Source: Verrucomicrobiota bacterium (GTDB taxonomy: Bacteria; Verrucomicrobiota; Verrucomicrobiia; Limisphaerales; Palsa-1400). From it: 19,573 nucleotides of DNA. The translations under genes were made by a program, and so were the position numbers. Shown piece by piece: positions 16,320-19,573 of this stretch. The notes under the pieces are model-generated. The model was not told where the DNA came from. It did no database searches and was given only the letters and a program-made list of their open reading frames with translations. The number at the start of each line of letters is the position of its first letter. The first letter of the stretch is position 1. The DNA is taken from assembly GCA_049510745.1 (NCBI GenBank), contig JBEKYR010000064.1, positions 1 through 19,573 on the forward strand, given 5' to 3'.

Positions 16320-16535
16320 ATGGGACTCGATATTCGCTGGCCAATTGGCATCATGTTCTCGCTCGTCGGCGCGCTGCTCCTGATCTACGGCGCCGCCACC
16401 GCTTCCGACGTCGAAATGTACCACCATTCCCTTGACATCAACATCAACGTGATCTGGGGCGTCGTTCTGCTCCTGTTCGGCGGCGGCATGCTGCTGGGCG
16501 CCGTGCGCGGACGCAGCCACCCGCCCAAACCCTGA
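16320..16535 (+). CDS. Small two-TM membrane protein between the symporter and galK
   Basis: 71 aa with two hydrophobic segments, AAGGA RBS upstream, and tight spacing (20 and 6 bp) to its neighbours. Confidence 0.85.
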   Translation: MGLDIRWPIGIMFSLVGALLLIYGAATASDVEMYHHSLDININVIWGVVLLLFGGGMLLGAVRGRSHPPKP

Positions 16536-16541
16536 TCCGCC

Positions 16542-17714
16542 ATGAGCCTCCAAGACCTCTCCTCCCGCGTCGCCGGGGAATTCGCCAAAACATTCGGCCG
16601 TCCCCCGCGCTGGATCGTCGCCGCCCCCGGCCGCGTCAATGTCATCGGCGAGCACACCGATTACAACGACGGCTTTGTCCTGCCGATGGCCATCGAATTT
16701 TACGCCGTCATGGCGGCCGACCGCCCGCCCGGCGGAAAAGACGTTGTGCAAATCCGTTCCACCTCCGAGCCTGAACCCGCGGTCATCGACCTTTCCGCCC
16801 CGGTGCGGCCCGCCCTATTGAAGTGGAGCAACTACCCGCGCGGCGTTTTCGCCGGTTTTCTGGCGCGGGGCATCAACCCGGGCGGCCTGGACGTTCTGCT
16901 CCACTCGACGGTGCCGGTGGGCGGCGGATTATCCAGCAGCGCCGCCCTGGAAGTCTGCACCGCGACCTTGATCGAAGCCGTCGCGGGCAAGAAAATCGAC
17001 CCGGTGGAAAAGGCGTTGTTATGCCAGAAGGCCGAGCATGAGTTTGCCGGCGTGCCCTGCGGCATCATGGACCAATTCATCTCCGTCATGGGCCGCGAGG
17101 GCCACCTGCTGTTGCTGGACTGCCGTTCGCGCAAAACGGAACTCGTCCCGATGCGCGATCCGTCCGTCGAACTGCTCATCGCCAACACCAACGTCAAACA
17201 CGAACTGGGCAGCGGCCAGTACGCCAGGCGCCGCGCCCAATGCGAAGCCGCCGCCAAAATCCTCGGCGTCCCGTCCTTGCGCGACGCCACGGCAGCCGCG
17301 CTGGAATCGGCCAAAAGCAAAATGGAAGAGGTGGTCTTCCGCCGCGCCCGCCACGTCATCGGTGAAATCGAGCGCACCGTGCAAGCCGCCGCCGCCGTGC
17401 GCGCCTCGCAATGGCAAAAGGTGGGCGACCTCATGTACGCCAGCCACCGCTCCCTGCGCGACGATTACGAAGTCAGTTGCGCTGAACTGGACGCCCTCGT
17501 GGAAATCGCCGGGGGCATCGGATTAAAAGGCGGCGTGTTCGGATGCCGGATGACCGGCGGCGGTTTCGGCGGATGCGCCGTGGCCCTGGTCAAAACCGAT
17601 TCCGTCCCGGCTATCACCAAAGAGCTTGCCACCGCCTACCAGAAGAAGACGAATATAGCCGCGACCATCTTCGGTTCCCGCCCCGCCGCCGGCGCGACGA
17701 TAATCAAGGCGTAA
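16542..17714 (+). CDS. galK: Galactokinase
   Basis: APGRVNVIGEHTDYNDGFVLP galactokinase signature, GHMP motif PVGGGLSSSAA, CGIMDQF and RMTGGGFGG. Confidence 0.97.
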   Translation: MSLQDLSSRVAGEFAKTFGRPPRWIVAAPGRVNVIGEHTDYNDGFVLPMAIEFYAVMAADRPPGGKDVVQIRSTSEPEPAVIDLSAPVRPALLKWSNYPRGVFAGFLARGINPGGLDVLLHSTVPVGGGLSSSAALEVCTATLIEAVAGKKIDPVEKALLCQKAEHEFAGVPCGIMDQFISVMGREGHLLLLDCRSRKTELVPMRDPSVELLIANTNVKHELGSGQYARRRAQCEAAAKILGVPSLRDATAAALESAKSKMEEVVFRRARHVIGEIERTVQAAAAVRASQWQKVGDLMYASHRSLRDDYEVSCAELDALVEIAGGIGLKGGVFGCRMTGGGFGGCAVALVKTDSVPAITKELATAYQKKTNIAATIFGSRPAAGATIIKA

Positions 17715-17809
17715 CGGCGCCCGGAAGAACCGTCCACGCCGGGGGGCACCCATGATTTTCCCAATTTGCGAGCAGCGAGCTTCACGAGTCTAAACCTTGA
17801 AGGAAACTT

Positions 17810-18379
17810 ATGAACCCTCAACACACGATCATAATCGCCGTGGCAGGAATAATTCTTGTCATATTCATCTTCATGGCCATTTGCGTCAGCCGCTACGTCA
17901 AGGTCGGCCCCAACCGGGTGCTGATTGTCTCTGGCCGGCTGCACCAACTGCCGGACGGGACGCGCCAGGGCTTCCGGATCGTCCGAGGCGGAGGCACGTT
18001 TGTCTTTCCCGTGGTCGAAAAGGCAGAGGCGCTTTCGCTGGAGGTACTCGCCATCGAAATGCCAAAATGGAAAGCGCGAACCGCCAAAGGAGTGCCAGTG
18101 GAAGCGGATTGTCTCGCCCAGGTCAAAATCAAAGGTGACGACGCTTCAATTCTCGCCGCCGCTGAACATTTCCTGAGCAAGAACGAAGGGGAAATGAGGA
18201 ACATTGTCAGGCCGGTCCTGGAAAACCATCTGCGCGCCATCCTCGATGGTTTGAACACCGAGGAGATTGGCCAGATTGAAGCGTGTGCGGACAGGGTGCA
18301 AACCGCGGCGTCCGTGGATTTGGGTAACATGGGCCTGGGCATGATCAGCTTCACCATTGGCCATGTTCGCGTTGGCTAG
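17810..18379 (+). CDS. SPFH/band-7 domain membrane protein (flotillin-like N-terminal part only)
   Basis: N-terminal TM, then RYVKVGPNRVLIVSGR, GFRIVRGGGTFVFPVVE, AAAEHFLSK, LENHLRAIL and DLGNMGLGMISFTI; GAAGGA RBS. Confidence 0.85.
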   Translation: MNPQHTIIIAVAGIILVIFIFMAICVSRYVKVGPNRVLIVSGRLHQLPDGTRQGFRIVRGGGTFVFPVVEKAEALSLEVLAIEMPKWKARTAKGVPVEADCLAQVKIKGDDASILAAAEHFLSKNEGEMRNIVRPVLENHLRAILDGLNTEEIGQIEACADRVQTAASVDLGNMGLGMISFTIGHVRVG

Positions 18380-18532
18380 GCAATGGCCAAAAGCAGGAGA
18401 GAAGTCAGGGGAATGCCGGGCAGGGGAATAATCCTGAAAATCCCACCCTTAAGACCTCAGAACTCTGACACTCCCGAAAGCCAAAGCGGAGGCCTCGCTC
18501 ACCATTTCCGCATTGAAGCTCTCGAGGAAAAG

Positions 18533-18701
18533 GTAATGCCTCAGTGATGGCGGGAAAAAGCGGAGCCTAAAAAAATTCTCATTTCGCCGTCTGCACATCT
18601 TCCTTGACAAATAGAGAGAATCGACCCTAGCATACCCGCATTGCAGCTTTCAATGCGAGTATGCTCAATTTCGCATTTCCCTCCCATCACTGAGGCATTA
18701 C
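18533..18701. mobile_element. 169-bp MITE (non-autonomous IS derivative) with 18-bp TIRs and 8-bp target site duplication
   Basis: GTAATGCCTCAGTGATGG (18533-18550) and its exact reverse complement CCATCACTGAGGCATTAC (18684-18701), flanked by direct AGGAAAAG at 18525-18532 and 18702-18709. Confidence 0.88.
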
Positions 18702-18720
18702 AGGAAAAGAAGGGACGCTC

Positions 18721-18748
18721 TTGACATATTATCGCGCAACGATAAATT
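18721..18748 (+). promoter_or_regulatory. higBA promoter with operator
   Basis: TTGACA (18721-18726), 16 nt, TAAATT (18743-18748), 6 nt, GTG. Inverted repeat TTATCG-cgcaa-CGATAA at 18729-18745. Confidence 0.75.
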
Positions 18749-18754
18749 AGAGGG

Positions 18755-19036
18755 GTGATTGTCAGCTTCGCCTGCCGGAAGACAGAGCGCTTGTGGCAGC
18801 GCCAGAGCGACCACGGCCTGCCGCCGCAGATCGAGCGCGTCGCCTTGCGGAAACTTACGCAGTTGCACCGCTCGCGCGAGTTGCTCGACCTGCGGCTGCC
18901 GCCGGGCAATCGGCTGGAAGCCTTGAAGGGCGACCGGGAAGGGCAGCACAGCATCCGCGTTAACGACCAATGGCGGATTTGCTTCCGCTGGCACGACGGC
19001 AACGCCTATGACGCAGAAATTGTGGACTATCATTAG
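18755..19036 (+). CDS. higB: HigB (RelE/ParE superfamily) toxin, plasmid-maintenance killer type
   Basis: MIVSFACRKTE...LRLPPGNRLEALKGDREGQHSIRVNDQWRICFRW...EIVDYH. Confidence 0.95.
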   Translation: MIVSFACRKTERLWQRQSDHGLPPQIERVALRKLTQLHRSRELLDLRLPPGNRLEALKGDREGQHSIRVNDQWRICFRWHDGNAYDAEIVDYH

Positions 19037-19039
19037 ATT

Positions 19040-19366
19040 ATGAAGACGAAGAAACTCCCGCCGGTTCATCCGGGCGAAATTCTGTTCCACGACTTTATGG
19101 AGCCGCTGGGCCTCAGTCAATACGCGCTCGCCAAGGCCATCGGCGTCACCCCCATGCGCGTGAGCCAGATCGTGCGCGGACAGCGCGCCATCACGGCGGA
19201 CACCGCCTTGCGCCTTTCCCGCTTTTTTGGCACACGCCCCGCGTGGTGGCTCGACCTCCAAACGCATTTCGACCTTGAAATCGCGGCTGACGAACTCGAA
19301 GCCCGCATCGCCCGAACCGTCAAGCCGTGCAAACTGCGCCCCGCCGCCGAACCCTTGGCCGCATGA
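19040..19366 (+). CDS. higA: HigA family addiction-module antitoxin
   Basis: PPVHPGEIL...LSQYALAKAIGV...RAITADTALRLSRFFGTRPAWWLDLQ; 3 bp downstream of higB. Confidence 0.95.
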   Translation: MKTKKLPPVHPGEILFHDFMEPLGLSQYALAKAIGVTPMRVSQIVRGQRAITADTALRLSRFFGTRPAWWLDLQTHFDLEIAADELEARIARTVKPCKLRPAAEPLAA

Positions 19367-19573
19367 TTCACTTATCCGGCCTTGCGCCCCGGCCAGCCGA
19401 ACCGGGCGATGGCGATTTTGGAAGGCAAACTGTGGCGGTTGGAGGGATCAACCCATCGATTTCGTAAGTTGATTTAGCGGTTTTTACCTTATGCCATAAG
19501 AATCAAGGGGTTAAGATCGGGAGGGGCACTTTCGCATTGGCAGAGGATTTTCTTTTTCGCTTGCCATCTGGCC

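Noticed and set aside
18541..19267. 153-aa and 189-aa minus-strand ORFs
   Set aside because: Antisense to the well-supported higB/higA genes.

Overview
GC-rich bacterial chromosomal region. A Verrucomicrobiota/PVC origin is plausible but only inferred from protein and repeat style. In order, it holds: an MmeI-like Type IIL fused restriction-methyltransferase; a ~1 kb repeat-rich spacer; a secreted GH9 glycoside hydrolase converging on a TetA-like MFS transporter; a ~1000-aa secreted beta-propeller/Ig/LamG protein; a RelE-HTH toxin-antitoxin (TA) pair with a frameshifted toxin; rpsB-tsf; a VapBC pair; a sodium:solute symporter / small membrane protein / galK operon; an SPFH-only protein; a 169-bp MITE; and a HigBA pair. 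I cannot support a wholly new multi-gene system here. The strongest unexplained signals are the MITE (18-bp TIRs, 8-bp TSD) carrying a promoter aimed at higBA, three TA operons sharing an apparently leaderless operator-in-promoter layout, a low-GC specificity segment inside the RM gene, a structured rpsB leader, and a lacO-like half-site before the galK operon.
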